Positions 40,131-51,518 are shown, counted from the first letter of the stretch. The stretch is 64,000 nt of DNA from Octopus sinensis (GCF_006345805.1 NC_042998.1:7130001-7194000); one strand, 5' to 3'. A program made the numbers and translations. Notes: a model not told the origin generated them from the sequence alone.

Positions 40131-41320
40131 TTATGCTGAGTAAGAAATTCCTATTGTCAATCATCCATTTATAACCCACTTCCAGAAGCTATTTTTGTGA
40201 TCATCTGACCTAACACAACACAAACATTCCGAATGCGTTCCTTTAGAAATGCAGTGAACAACTAATTGGTGCATCTCGGAACTTCTTGTTCGGTTGGAAT
40301 GTCCAAGGAGGCTAATACATGTTTATAAGAGGGAAACAGGCGATCTGTCAATCATTCATGAATATAGAATCTTTCACATGTGTTACTTTGTATTCCTGAA
40401 CGCAATACGACAATGCGTACTTCAGCTGGATATGAAAAGGGTAGTCTCAGATCATGAAACACCTCAGTCCTTTAAATATATTTAACGAATAAAGAGAACA
40501 AGCCAAGGCTTTTATTAATTCCAGTCTTATTAACAAACCAATTAGTTCAATAAGCACGTGTTTATTAATTCACTCCATAATTTTTTCACAATCTCAAATG
40601 CATAATAATATTGCTTTTAAGTGTAAACTATAAAATTTTTGAGTTTTGATCTTTTAACATCTTTGTAATTTTCCTGAAAATTTTGCAACATTAATTAATT
40701 GATTAATTAATTAATTAATTAATTATTTTTTGTGAGTTTTCCTTCCCTTTGTGTGTATATTAAAACCTGTGAACATATTCCTATGGATGATTAGATATCA
40801 ATAGGTAATACCTGAATCAAAGTTTTAACAGTATCTGTGAAAGCTTGGAAGTCTACCATATTAAGTCAGCAAGTTCCATTTATGACATCAGAAACCTCAG
40901 CTATAGTGGGTAGATGATACTACCTTTCTACTATATGCACAAGGCCTGAAATTTTGGGCGAGGGGTTAAGTTGATTATAGTGCTCAACTGGTTGTTAATT
41001 TATCGACCCCAAAAGGATGAAAGTTGACCTTGGTGGAATTTGAACTCAGAACATGAAGTGGAACGAAATGCCACTAAGCATTTTGTTCAGCATGCTAATA
41101 TATTAAGTCGTCAAGTATGAAATTTATAGAAAAGAAAACGAAAGTGTTCAGAAATGTACATTTTATAAACTACAACCAAATCTTTAATCATTATAAATAA
41201 TAGAAATAAAAGACATTTTCCATTTATTTCTAAAAGAAAAAAATATCTATTTATTTTATATTGAACAAAACTTTCACTGGCATTTAATATTTCTCTCTCA
41301 TTAGAACTAGAATGAGCACA

Positions 41321-42166
41321 ATATTGCTGTGCGTGAGAAAACCCGGCAAGACCAGTGAGAACAGTCAAAATCAAGATCAAACCAAATTGAGGTCGATCAA
41401 CATCAGGGCCCCCGTGCAGGTGACACGTAAAAGTACCATCCGTTCGTAGCCGTTCGTAGCCGTTCGCCAGCCCTGTCTGGCCCCCGTGTAGGTGGCACGT
41501 AAAAGCACCATCCGTTCGTGTTCGTTGCCAGCCTGGCCTGGCCCCCGTGCCGGTGACACGTAAAAGCACCATCCGTTTGTGGCCATTTGCCAGCTCTGTC
41601 TGGCCCCCGTGCCGGTGACACGTAAAAGCACATCCGTTCGTGGCCGTTTGCCAGCCCTGTCTGGCCCCCATGTCGGTGACATGTAAAAGCACCATCCATT
41701 CGTGTCCGTTGCCAGCCCTGTCTGGCCCATGTCGGTGGCATGTAAAAGCACCATCCGTTCGTGCCCATTGCCAGCCTCGCCTGGCCCCCGTGCCAGAGTG
41801 CACGTAAAAGCACCATCCGTTTCATGGCCGTTTGCCAGCTCTGTCTGGCCCCCGTGTTGGTGGCATGTAAAAGCACCATCCGTTCGTGTCCGTTGCCAGC
41901 CTCGCCTGGCCCGTGCCGGTGACACGTAAAAGCACCATCCGTTCGTGGCCGTTTGCCAGCTCTGTCTGGCACCTGTGCAGGTGGCACGTAAAAAGCACCC
42001 ACTACACTCACGGAGTGGTTGGCGTTAGGAAGGGCATCCAGCCGTAGAAACACTGCGATCTGACTGGGCCTGATGAAGCCTTCCAGCTTCACAGACCCCA
42101 GTTGAACCGTCCAACCCATGCTAGCATGGAGAACGGACGCTAAATGATGATGATGATGATGATGAT
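41321..42166 (+). mobile_element. 5'-truncated RTE (last codons + 3' UTR with expanded array)
   Basis: gctgtgcgtgagaaaacccggcaagaccagtga corresponds to the ORF end AVLEKTRQAK* at 48460-48491; ends taaatgatgatgat. Confidence 0.88.
41407..42000 (+). repeat. ~61-bp tandem array (~9.5 units) inside the RTE 3' UTR
   Basis: Unit ggcccccgtgccggtgacacgtaaaagcaccatccgttcgtggccgtttgccagctctgtct. Confidence 0.95.
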
Positions 42167-42179
42167 ACAAGGAATAGTT

Positions 42180-43186
42180 TTATTCATCAAAGTATATACC
42201 CATATCGTCAATACACTTTTGCCATTTCAGTGGTAGCTTGTCCAGCCTGGAACTGTAAAAGCCTGGCAATCTAGAGTTAATAAAATCTTGGAATGCCTGT
42301 TTTACAGTATCGACAGAATTAAATTTTTTTCCTATCAAAATGTTATCCAAATTCTGGAAGAAGTGGTAATCAGAGGGGGCAAGATCAGGTGAGTATGGTG
42401 AATGATAGAGAACTTCCAACTCCAACTCCTGTAGTTTCGCCAATGTCATTTTTGCAATGTGTGGTCTGGAGTTGTCCTGCAATAAAATAGGAGTGGATCT
42501 GTTGACTAATCTAAGCCGTTGCTTTGTAAGTTTCTGCATCATTTGGTCCAGTTGGCTGCAGTATACTTTGGCCGTGATTGATGAGCCAGGTTTAATGAAA
42601 TCATAGTGGATCACACCTGTGCTAGACCACCAAACACACACCATCAGCTTCTTTTGATGAATTTTGCTTTTTGGACTGTCTTTGTCCAACCATTGGGCTA
42701 AACGTTTATGGTTGTTGTATTGGATCCATTTCTCATCACATGTTACAATTCGATTAAAAAATTATTCATTTTTGTGACGAGAAAGTTGCATAATGCAGGC
42801 TTCGAAACATTGCTGATTCTGATTTTCATTGAGTTCATGTGGAACCCACCTATCCAACTTTTTCACTTTACCAATTTGAACTAGTGTGTCAATATTGTTT
42901 ACTTGCTAACACCAAACAGCAACGATAATTCACGGGCACTTTGAGATGGATCTGACTCGACAGTGGCTTTCAGTTCATCATTATCCACCTATTTTTGGGG
43001 CCAACCACATTGCTCATTTGTGAGGTTAAAGTTACCAGAATGAAATTTTGCAAACCAATTTGATACTGTCTGCTGTGTAACGACATTAGAATGAAATACT
43101 CCATTAATATTCCAAGCTGTCTGTGATGCAATATTTCCAAGAAAGAACTCATACTTCAAAACTGTACAAATTTCCGACTTATCTAT
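42180..43186 (-). pseudogene. Mariner transposase pseudogene (cecropia/Hsmar1-like)
   Basis: WVPHEL, VTCDEKW, LLQDNSRPH, YSPDLAPSDY; 34 residues between D2 and D3; ATA in place of the start codon, stops and frameshifts in the N-terminal half. Confidence 0.93.
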
Positions 43187-43839
43187 CTCTAAACAAAAAT
43201 AGCAAAAAACGATTTATAAATATTTTATAAAGTGCAAAATGAGTTAGAATAAAGAAATAGATGTGTCAGCTTTCAAACAAAAAATAATGGTTGTCAAAAT
43301 ATAATAATGACAAAAAATGAGCAGCTGTCAAAGTTTACCATATACCTTACTACAAATTTCATACTTGACCTAATAATTCTGCCAGCTTGCCAACTCAATA
43401 CTACCTACATAATGCTATCTATATTATACTACCTACTAATATTAGTTCTTACTGTAGGTTGTTGCAATATATGTAGAAGCATAATACAAACTCAGTTATA
43501 TGAACTTAAACATTCCACTTCCATATTTTTGACCAAACATATTTCTTTGCTTCGTTTAACACTAATTGGCCTCTAACCATTTAGTGTTCAGATTACTCTG
43601 TCAAATTTTATACCTTTTCATTAACATTCTTTTTAATTAAACATGTATTATCTTATAGCTTTGAGGCTTTGGTAGTATGACTATTTGACTGTTTATGTTT
43701 AGAATGACATTGCAGGTTCCAGATATTTTGAACATTCATCAGGAAGAATATTTGAACCAAGTATGACTGATGTAAATGTCAAAGGGTTAAAGACTTTAGA
43801 AACCCTCAGTTAATCGATTACTTCCCAAAAGGTTTACTA

Positions 43840-43975
43840 GGCCAAATTTTACCCATAGCAGAGCCTCCAAGAGAAATTTTGAAATGTGGAACAAAAGTGC
43901 TTTCAGGCCTGAAAGCACTTTTGTTCCACATTTCAAAATTTCTCTTGGAGACTCTGCTATGGGTAAAATTTGGCC
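43840..43975. repeat. 136-bp spacerless palindrome
   Basis: 68-bp arms centred on agg|cct, with 1 mismatch. Confidence 0.97.
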
Positions 43976-44138
43976 AGGGGGTGGAATCCTGAGTTGGTGG
44001 AATCCTCAGGTTGTAGAATCCTCAAGTGGTAGGAGCCTTTCAAAATTCAGCTGTAAGGTCTTAAGGAAGGACCCTGATAGGAAGATAGAGGCCTTGGACT
44101 AGTATACTGGATGAACATCCTTTGTATATGCCCTGCAC

Positions 44139-44172
44139 CTGAGTTTTCCCAGTCGTATCTCAGTTCATATAA
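44139..44172 (-). CDS. Candidate small exon (LYELRYDWENS)
   Basis: Long pyrimidine tract, actgac branch-like motif and ttacag acceptor; CAG|gtgcag donor; the frame stays open further downstream. Confidence 0.22.
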
Positions 44173-44876
44173 CTGTAACATAGACAAGTCAGTTGAAAAA
44201 AAGGGAAAAACTATAACTAAAACAAAGTAGACTTTAGAAATTCTTGATTTGTAATCTAGGAATGTTGCACATAGGGAAAAGCACAAGTAAAAATTATTGG
44301 ATCTCTAGACATATATGGAAAGGAAACAGAGACAGAACATTTGACTTAAAAAGACTTTGCGCTAGAATGGCCTTAGACATGAAGACTAAAAGAGACAAGT
44401 GGACTAAGGAAAAAGATGTGTTTATGTGTGTATATAGATAGATATAGATAGATAGATATAAAGATAGATAGACAGACAGAGAGACAGACAGACACATAGA
44501 TAGATAGATAGATAGATAGACGGATGGATGGACAGAGAGAGAGAGATAGATAGACAAAGACAGACACAGATGAACACTGACAGACAGAGAGACAGATGTG
44601 GATGGACAGTTGCGTAGACATCACAAACACACATATTCACAACACACATACACAAACACTCACGCATACACATGCACACACTCACACGCATACACACATA
44701 CTCATACTCACACTCATACTTCACAATATTATATTTTACATGTCATGTTCCACAAGATTTGAAAGTAATTTAGATTAACGATGATGATTTTAACGTTCAC
44801 ATATATGCTCAGATTGAAGAAGATATATATATATATATATATATCACACACACACACACACTTGTACGCTTATATA

Positions 44877-45258
44877 TCTCTCTCTATATAAACGGCAGTT
44901 TGTCTGTGCGTGTTTCTGTGTGTCTGTTTGCTTGTACGCTCACCCTGACCACGGCTTTCAACCGATTCTGATGAAACTTGACACACACATAGCCCAATGT
45001 CATAATTCAAAACTAACGTAGCGAAAATTTTGAAAAGTTCCCCCAGTTCTGAAAAAAATCGATAAATTCGACATGGGGTCGAGAATCAGAAACACAAACC
45101 GCAAACTGTCTAGGGGACGCAACTCCACCTTTATTCACTCTCAAAAAAATTTACCATAATTTTTTTTCCATTTTTTGGCTATTTTGGCTATAACTCTCTA
45201 AAAATACCTTATAGTTATTTCCCTTACAAACCTGAGCAACGCCGGGCGATACTGCTAG
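44877..45258 (+). mobile_element. Non-autonomous Helitron
   Basis: A|TC start; 5' gtttgtctgtg..ctttcaaccgattctgatgaaacttg; subterminal hairpin cctgagcaacgccggg; CTAG|T end; no TSD. Confidence 0.85.
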
Positions 45259-45346
45259 TATATATATATATATCACATACACACACACACACATATATAT
45301 ATATATATGTATGTATATATATATATGTATCTATATATATATATAT

Positions 45347-45379
<33 letters not shown>

Positions 45380-45449
45380 GTATGTATATATATATGTATC
45401 TATCTATCTATATATATATATTATATATATATATGTATATATATATGTA

Positions 45450-45484
<35 letters not shown>

Positions 45485-45500
45485 TGTATATATATATGTA

Positions 45501-45541
<41 letters not shown>

Positions 45542-45564
45542 GTATATGTATGTATATATATGTA

Positions 45565-45628
<64 letters not shown>

Positions 45629-45655
45629 TATACACATACATACATATATATATAA
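45259..45655. repeat. Compound (TA)n microsatellite
   Basis: Directly visible. Confidence 0.97.
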
Positions 45656-45747
45656 TGCACACAGATATATGCACATATACAAATATATGCATCATCATCA
45701 TCATCATCGTTTAACGTCCGTTTTCGCCACTAGCACAGGTTGGACGC

Positions 45748-45785
<38 letters not shown>

Positions 45786-46058
45786 ATATTGGGGTGAAGA
45801 GAATAGTTGTGCATTGATAGAAATAGAAAATGTTGTTGACAAATCTCTCTCTCAGTTCCGTTCTTTTAACACCTTGCCATTTCTACCTTCTAATTTGCAT
45901 CACTTTCATCTTTAAATGCCTTTCTTTAAAAATCATTATAACATACTTTCTTTCAATGCTAACACCATTAAACCAAAAAAATGGTTGAGAATTTATTGAA
46001 GATTCTCTCAGTGATAGCTGACAGTTCTTTTTTTTTATATTTGTGTGTGTCTACTGTA

Positions 46059-46382
46059 GGTATGTATGTATGTATGTATGTATGTATGTATGTATGTATG
46101 TATGTATGTATGTATGTATGTATGTATGTGTGTGTGTATGTATGTATTATGTAGTGTGTGTATGTATGTATGTATGTGTGTGTGTATGTATGTATGTATG
46201 TATGTATGTATGTATGTATGTATGTATGTATGTGTGTATGTATGTATTATGTAGTGTGTGTATGTATGTATGTATGTGTGTGTGTATGTATGTATGTATG
46301 TATGTATGTATGTATGTATGTATGTATGTACGTATGTATGTATGTGTGTATGTATGTATGTATGTATGTATTTATGTATGTA

Positions 46383-46414
<32 letters not shown>

Positions 46415-46467
46415 ATGTAGTGTGTGTATGTATGTATGTGTTTATATATGTATGTATGTATTATGTA

Positions 46468-46499
<32 letters not shown>

Positions 46500-46523
46500 A
46501 TTATGTATGTATGTATGTGTGTG

Positions 46524-46555
<32 letters not shown>

Positions 46556-46770
46556 TGTATGTATGTATGTATGTGTGTGTGCATATGTAAGTACATAAGT
46601 ATGTATGTAGATATGTATGTTTGTATGTGTGTGTATATGTAGTGTGTGTATTGTATGTATGTACATATATATGTACATATGTATGTATGTATATATGTTT
46701 GTATGTACGTATGTATGTATGTATGTGTGTATGTGTGTATGTATGTATGTATGTATGTATGTGTGTATAC
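46059..46770. repeat. Compound (TATG)n/(TG)n microsatellite with higher-order duplication
   Basis: The marker tattatgtagtgtgtg recurs within the array. Confidence 0.97.
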
Positions 46771-46984
46771 ATCTGTCTCCCTATCTGTCTGTCTTTCTTA
46801 CTTTATCTTTCTTTCTTACTTTTTCCTTCTTTCTTTTTTTTTCTCTCTTTCTTTCCTTATTCACTTCTTTATTTATTTGCTCTGGAAGTTTTGCCAACTC
46901 TAATTTATCCATTAACTTTTACACTACGATTTTTTTAATTTCTTACCATTGTTGCAGATGATACCAACATTATTATTATTATTA

Positions 46985-47036
<52 letters not shown>

Positions 47037-47629
47037 AGCAATCCTCTAATTCTTATTCACATGCATAATGAGGTTTTTTTTTGTTTGTTTGTTTTCTTTA
47101 CGTCAGTGCAAACACAAAAATTTATAGAAGTGGAGTATAATAAACTAAATTAACCTCCATATTCTTTTCTTTCATTTCCTTCAGTCATTAGATTCTGGCC
47201 ATGCTGGGGCACCACCTTGAATTGTTTTTAAGTCAAATGAATCAACCTCAGTACTTTTTTTTTTTTTTTTAGATTTTAAGCCTGATACTTATTTTATTGC
47301 TCTTTTGCTGAACTGCTAAGTTACAGGGGCATAAGTACACCAACACTGGTTGTCAAGCATTGATTGGAGACTAACACAGACGCAAAGACACACACAGGAC
47401 AGCTGTGTCATGAAGTGCCAATTTCTAATTGTGGAGAGAACTTGTGGAAGAGGTAGTCCCAGGAAGCCGTATCAAATCAGATTGGAGCCTGGTGCAGCTC
47501 TCTAGCTTAGCAGGTCCAGTCAAGCCATCTAACCCATGTCAGCATGGAAGGCAGGCATTAAATGATGATGATGATGAGGATGATATATATGTATGTTTGT
47601 GTATATATGTTTATGTATATACATATACA

Positions 47630-47660
<31 letters not shown>

Positions 47661-47664
<4 letters not shown>

Positions 47665-49016
47665 GTAGGAAGGCAGACAAGTCACAATTCCCTTCAGGCA
47701 GATATCCCTGCTTGATCCGTAGAAAAGGCGTAGGTAGAAACTCCATAAGATATACCCAGTGTAAGCTATGGACACATAAGATGTGCAACAATATCAAAGG
47801 AAGGCTAACTGGGAAGGTAGTTTTCATGTGTGGCAAATGCTCAGGGGCAATAAACACTGAAAATGTGCAGAGAACAGCTTCCGTCACATGCCAAGGGAAA
47901 AAACTAGTAGTTGATAGTCTCTATTACCTTGGTGACCAAGTCAGTAGCAGGGTTTGATGCTCTGAGAGTGTAGCTGCTAGAATAAGAATAGCCTGGGCAA
48001 AGTTCAGAGAGCTCCTACCTCTACTGGTGACAAAAGGTCTCTCACTCAGAGTGAAAGGTAGACTATATGACACATGTGTGCAAACAGTCATGCTACATGG
48101 AAGTAAAGCATGGGCCGTGACTGTTGAGGACATGCGTAACCTTGCAAGAAAGGAAGCTAGTATGCTCCACTGGATGTGTAATGTCAGTGTGCATACACAG
48201 CAGAGTGTAAGCACCCTGAGAGAAAAGTTGGACATAAGAGGCATCAGATGTAGTGTGCAAGAGAGACAACTGCACTGGTATGGTCATGTGTTGCGTATGG
48301 ATGAGGACAGCTGTGTGAAAAAGTGTCACACCCTAGCAGTAAAGGGAACCAGTGGAAAAGGTAGACGCAGGAAGACCTGGGATGAGGTTGTGCGGCACAA
48401 CCTTCAAAAGTTGGGCCCCACAGAAGCGATTACAAGTGACCTAGACCTTTGGAGATATGCTGTGCTTGAGAAGACCCGGCAAGCCAAGTGAGACTGTAAC
48501 TGTGGACTATGCCAGTGCAGCATAACCGACCCATTTAAGAGTACCCTTCAATCATTGGGCAATAAACTGTACTTGTGAAAGTGAAGTCATTGTCGTGGCT
48601 GATGACAGTACTGCCTGATTGGCACCCATGCTGGTGACATGTAAAAAGCACCATTTGAGCATGGTCTATGCCAGTGCTGCATGATTGGTCCCGTGCCAGT
48701 GGCACATGAAAAGCACCATTTGAGCATGATTAGTGCCAGTGCCACCTTATTGGCTCCATGCTGGTATCATGTAAAAAGCACCATTCAAGCATGGTCAATG
48801 CCAGTACTGCCTGACTAACCCTCGTGTTGGTGGCATGTAAAATGCACCCACTACATTCTCAGAGTGGTTGGCATTAGGGAAGGGCATCCAGCTGTAGAAA
48901 CTTTGGCAGATTAAATTGGAGCCTGGTGCAGCCTGCTAGCTTGCCAGCCCTCCGTCAAACTGTCCAACACATGGAAAGCAGATGTTAAACGACGATGAGG
49001 ATGATGATGATGATGA
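47661..49016 (+). mobile_element. 5'-truncated RTE LINE (decayed RT C-terminal half + 3' UTR)
   Basis: Paralogous to 36741-38270; ORF end ...YAVLEKTRQAK* at 48491; about four 3' UTR repeat units; (GAT)n tail. Confidence 0.92.
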
Positions 49017-49126
49017 TATATATATAATTATAATCATGGGTCAGCTAAGTGCCTCATCATGTACTGAATTGGAAATAGATGCTAATGTCATTTCAACTAC
49101 CATAAGAATTACCCTATATTATTATT

Positions 49127-49177
<51 letters not shown>

Positions 49178-49439
49178 AAATAATTAAGATTCAGTTGAAC
49201 TAGATACTTAAGTTGAGACACCAAGTCAGTCCGGTATTATCCACACAACTCAAAGAAAGGTGAATAGAGCCACCTGAAATAGCAGTAATGCACTAAAACC
49301 TTGACATCCTTGTTACTTATTTGCTATATATATAAATATGCGATGGACTTCTTTCAATTTCCATCTACCAAATCCACTCTCAAGACTTTGGTCAGCCCAA
49401 GGTTATAGTAGATGACATTTGCCCTAAATGTCCTTTATG

Positions 49440-49745
49440 TGGAGGCACATGGCCTAGTCATTTGAGCAGTGGACTCGCGGTCAAGGGATCACGGGTTCGA
49501 ATCTCAGACCAGGTGATGTGTCTGTTTATGAGCGAAACACCTAAGCTCCACGCGGCTACGGCAGAAGATAATGGCAAACTTCTCCTGACTCTTTCGCCAC
49601 AACATTCTCTCACTCTTTCCTCCTGCATCTTGCAGCTCACCTGTGATGGACCGGTGTCCCGTCCAGGTGGGGAACCTATACACCAAGGAAACCGGGGAAA
49701 CTGGCCCTTATGAGCCAGGCGTGGCTCGAGATGGAACAAACTAGG
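49440..49745 (+). mobile_element. SINE with family C head and family D tail
   Basis: Head ggaggcacatggcctagt..gggttcgaatctcagacc..gcgaaacacctaagctcc; tail gatggaccggtgtcccgtccaggtggggaacc..gaaaccggggaaac. Confidence 0.8.
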
Positions 49746-50693
49746 TGTCACTCAGTAGGACTGAACCTAGAACCATGTGGTTGGGAAGCAAGCTTCTTAC
49801 CACACCTGATGTTTATTTTTATTATGCCCTTTCATTTCATCCTCATCATCCTCCACATTTTATCTTGATTTGAGGTCATCTATCTCATCTCTCTTTCCCC
49901 AAAGATGCTTTTTATCCCAGATAGCTCAAATGTATTCCTGATTTGATCCTCACTTCTTTATTTAAAGTAATCCAAGAATACCTGGTTCTGGATACAAATG
50001 TTTCCTTTCCCTTTTAAGCTGGTAGATGGTAATTAGAGACAAAACTGGTTTCTTTGATGCTATCAGCTTTAACATACCTAATTACCCACAAGCTCTTTCA
50101 AACCATCCTTACAAACACTGCTGGGAGAGAAGCTGAAATATTTATTATGCTCATCAATTGATACCAGCAATCCCTGTCACTTATGCTTGTCCCTAGCTAA
50201 CTCACTGTGTGTGTCCAACTTTTCTTGATCCCTTCGTTATATCCAAATCCAACTTCTACTCATTATTAGGATCATCTGCACTCATAGAAAGTTTAATTGT
50301 GATTAATTGTAATTAAACTAATTAGTAGATGATTTGCCATTTTTAGGCTCACCAAGCTCATTAAAAAATCTGCTTCACCTGATGTGGGTGCTAGAAACTA
50401 CTGCTATACAGTTCTATATTTAAAAGATGAGGAATTATGTACATTATTTATATTTGACTGATATTTGTCCTCAATACCAGCCAGCCTTTACATTCCCTCA
50501 AAAAGTTTGTAAAATTCTTATATATATATATATATATATATTTAATATAGGATAAAATTTTCGAAAAATTTTTTATCAATGGCCAGCATATTAAAAAAAT
50601 ACCTTTAAAGGTTAAATTTATAAACAACTTATAAACAAGGGCAAAAGAAAAAAATTCCAATGCCAAATATGCCGAAAATAGACTTATATATAT

Positions 50694-50730
<37 letters not shown>

Positions 50731-50949
50731 ATCAATAATAATAAGAGTAAAATTAATTAATTAGTAATTAATAATTTTACCAAGCAGTGTTCAGTATGTA
50801 AAGACCATTTACGGTATATTTAAAACATTACTCTATACAATTAAATAGAGGAAATAGCTAAATTCTTTGGCTGCTATTTCTAAAAGTTCGGTGTGTGGTA
50901 AAGTAAATTTTTTTGCTGAACCCTAATTATATAATATATATATATATAT

Positions 50950-51145
50950 AACGGGAAGGTTTACGAAAATAAACAAAAGACGAAGGCAGGTGGAGTACAA
51001 ACAAACAATTGTATTAGTATGGCGCTCAGGAATAGAAATAGAACAAGTCTTTTACATTTCGAGCCTACGCTCTTCGACAGAAAGATACACAGAAAAGAAA
51101 CAAGGAGAGAAAAAAATGCGTGTAGGGTCTAACGATCCAACATAT
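50950..51145 (-). mobile_element. Penelope-like/retrozyme-type terminal repeat fragment with decayed hammerhead motif
   Basis: Minimal hammerhead-shaped motif at 51048-51085; a more decayed sister copy lies at ~30870-30930. Confidence 0.5.
51048..51085 (-). ncRNA. Minimal type I hammerhead ribozyme motif (core mutated, probably inactive)
   Basis: UCUUU-CUGUCGA-A-GAGC(GUAG)GCUC-GAAA-UG-UA-AAAGA: stem I 5 bp and stem II 4 bp intact; two deviations from the canonical form. Confidence 0.55.
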
Positions 51146-51512
51146 ATCATCATCATCATCACCATCATCGTTTAACGTCCGTTTTCCATGCTAGCATGGG
51201 TTGGACGGTTCTGGGAAGCCAGAAGGCTGCCCCAGGCTCTGGTCTTATCTGGCAATGTTTCTACAGCTGGATGCCCTTCCTAACGCCAACCACTCCGTGA
51301 GTGTAGTGGGTGCTTTTTACGTGCCACCTGCACTGGAGCCAGGCGAGGCTGGCATCGGCCATGGGCGGATTGGTGCATTTTACATGCCACCTGCACGGAA
51401 GCCAGTCGAGGTGGCACTGGCTTCAGCCACGATTCGGATGGTGCTTTTTACGTGCCACCGACACGGAAGCCAGTCGAGGCGGCGCTGGCATCGGCCACGA
51501 TTCGGATAGTGC

Positions 51513-51518
<6 letters not shown>
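51146..51518 (-). mobile_element. RTE 3' UTR fragment with ~3.5 repeat units
   Basis: catcatcgtttaacgtccgttttccatgctagc... plus gtgcttttacgtgccacc units. Confidence 0.85.

Larger units (their letters stand above)
41103..43373 (-). mobile_element. Mariner (D,D34D) transposon, decayed, with nested RTE fragment
   Basis: TIRs TTAAGTC(GTC)AAGTATGAAATTTATAG and TTAGGTCAAGTATGAAATTTGTAG, each flanked by TA; about 1.4 kb after removing the RTE insert. Confidence 0.88.

Noticed and set aside
41407-42000. CRISPR-like array
   Set aside because: The whole unit repeats with no unique spacers, there are no cas genes, the DNA is eukaryotic, and the array is part of a LINE 3' UTR.
41111-42170. ORFs of 182-255 aa on the minus strand
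   Set aside because: Antisense read-through of the stop-poor 61-bp tandem array.
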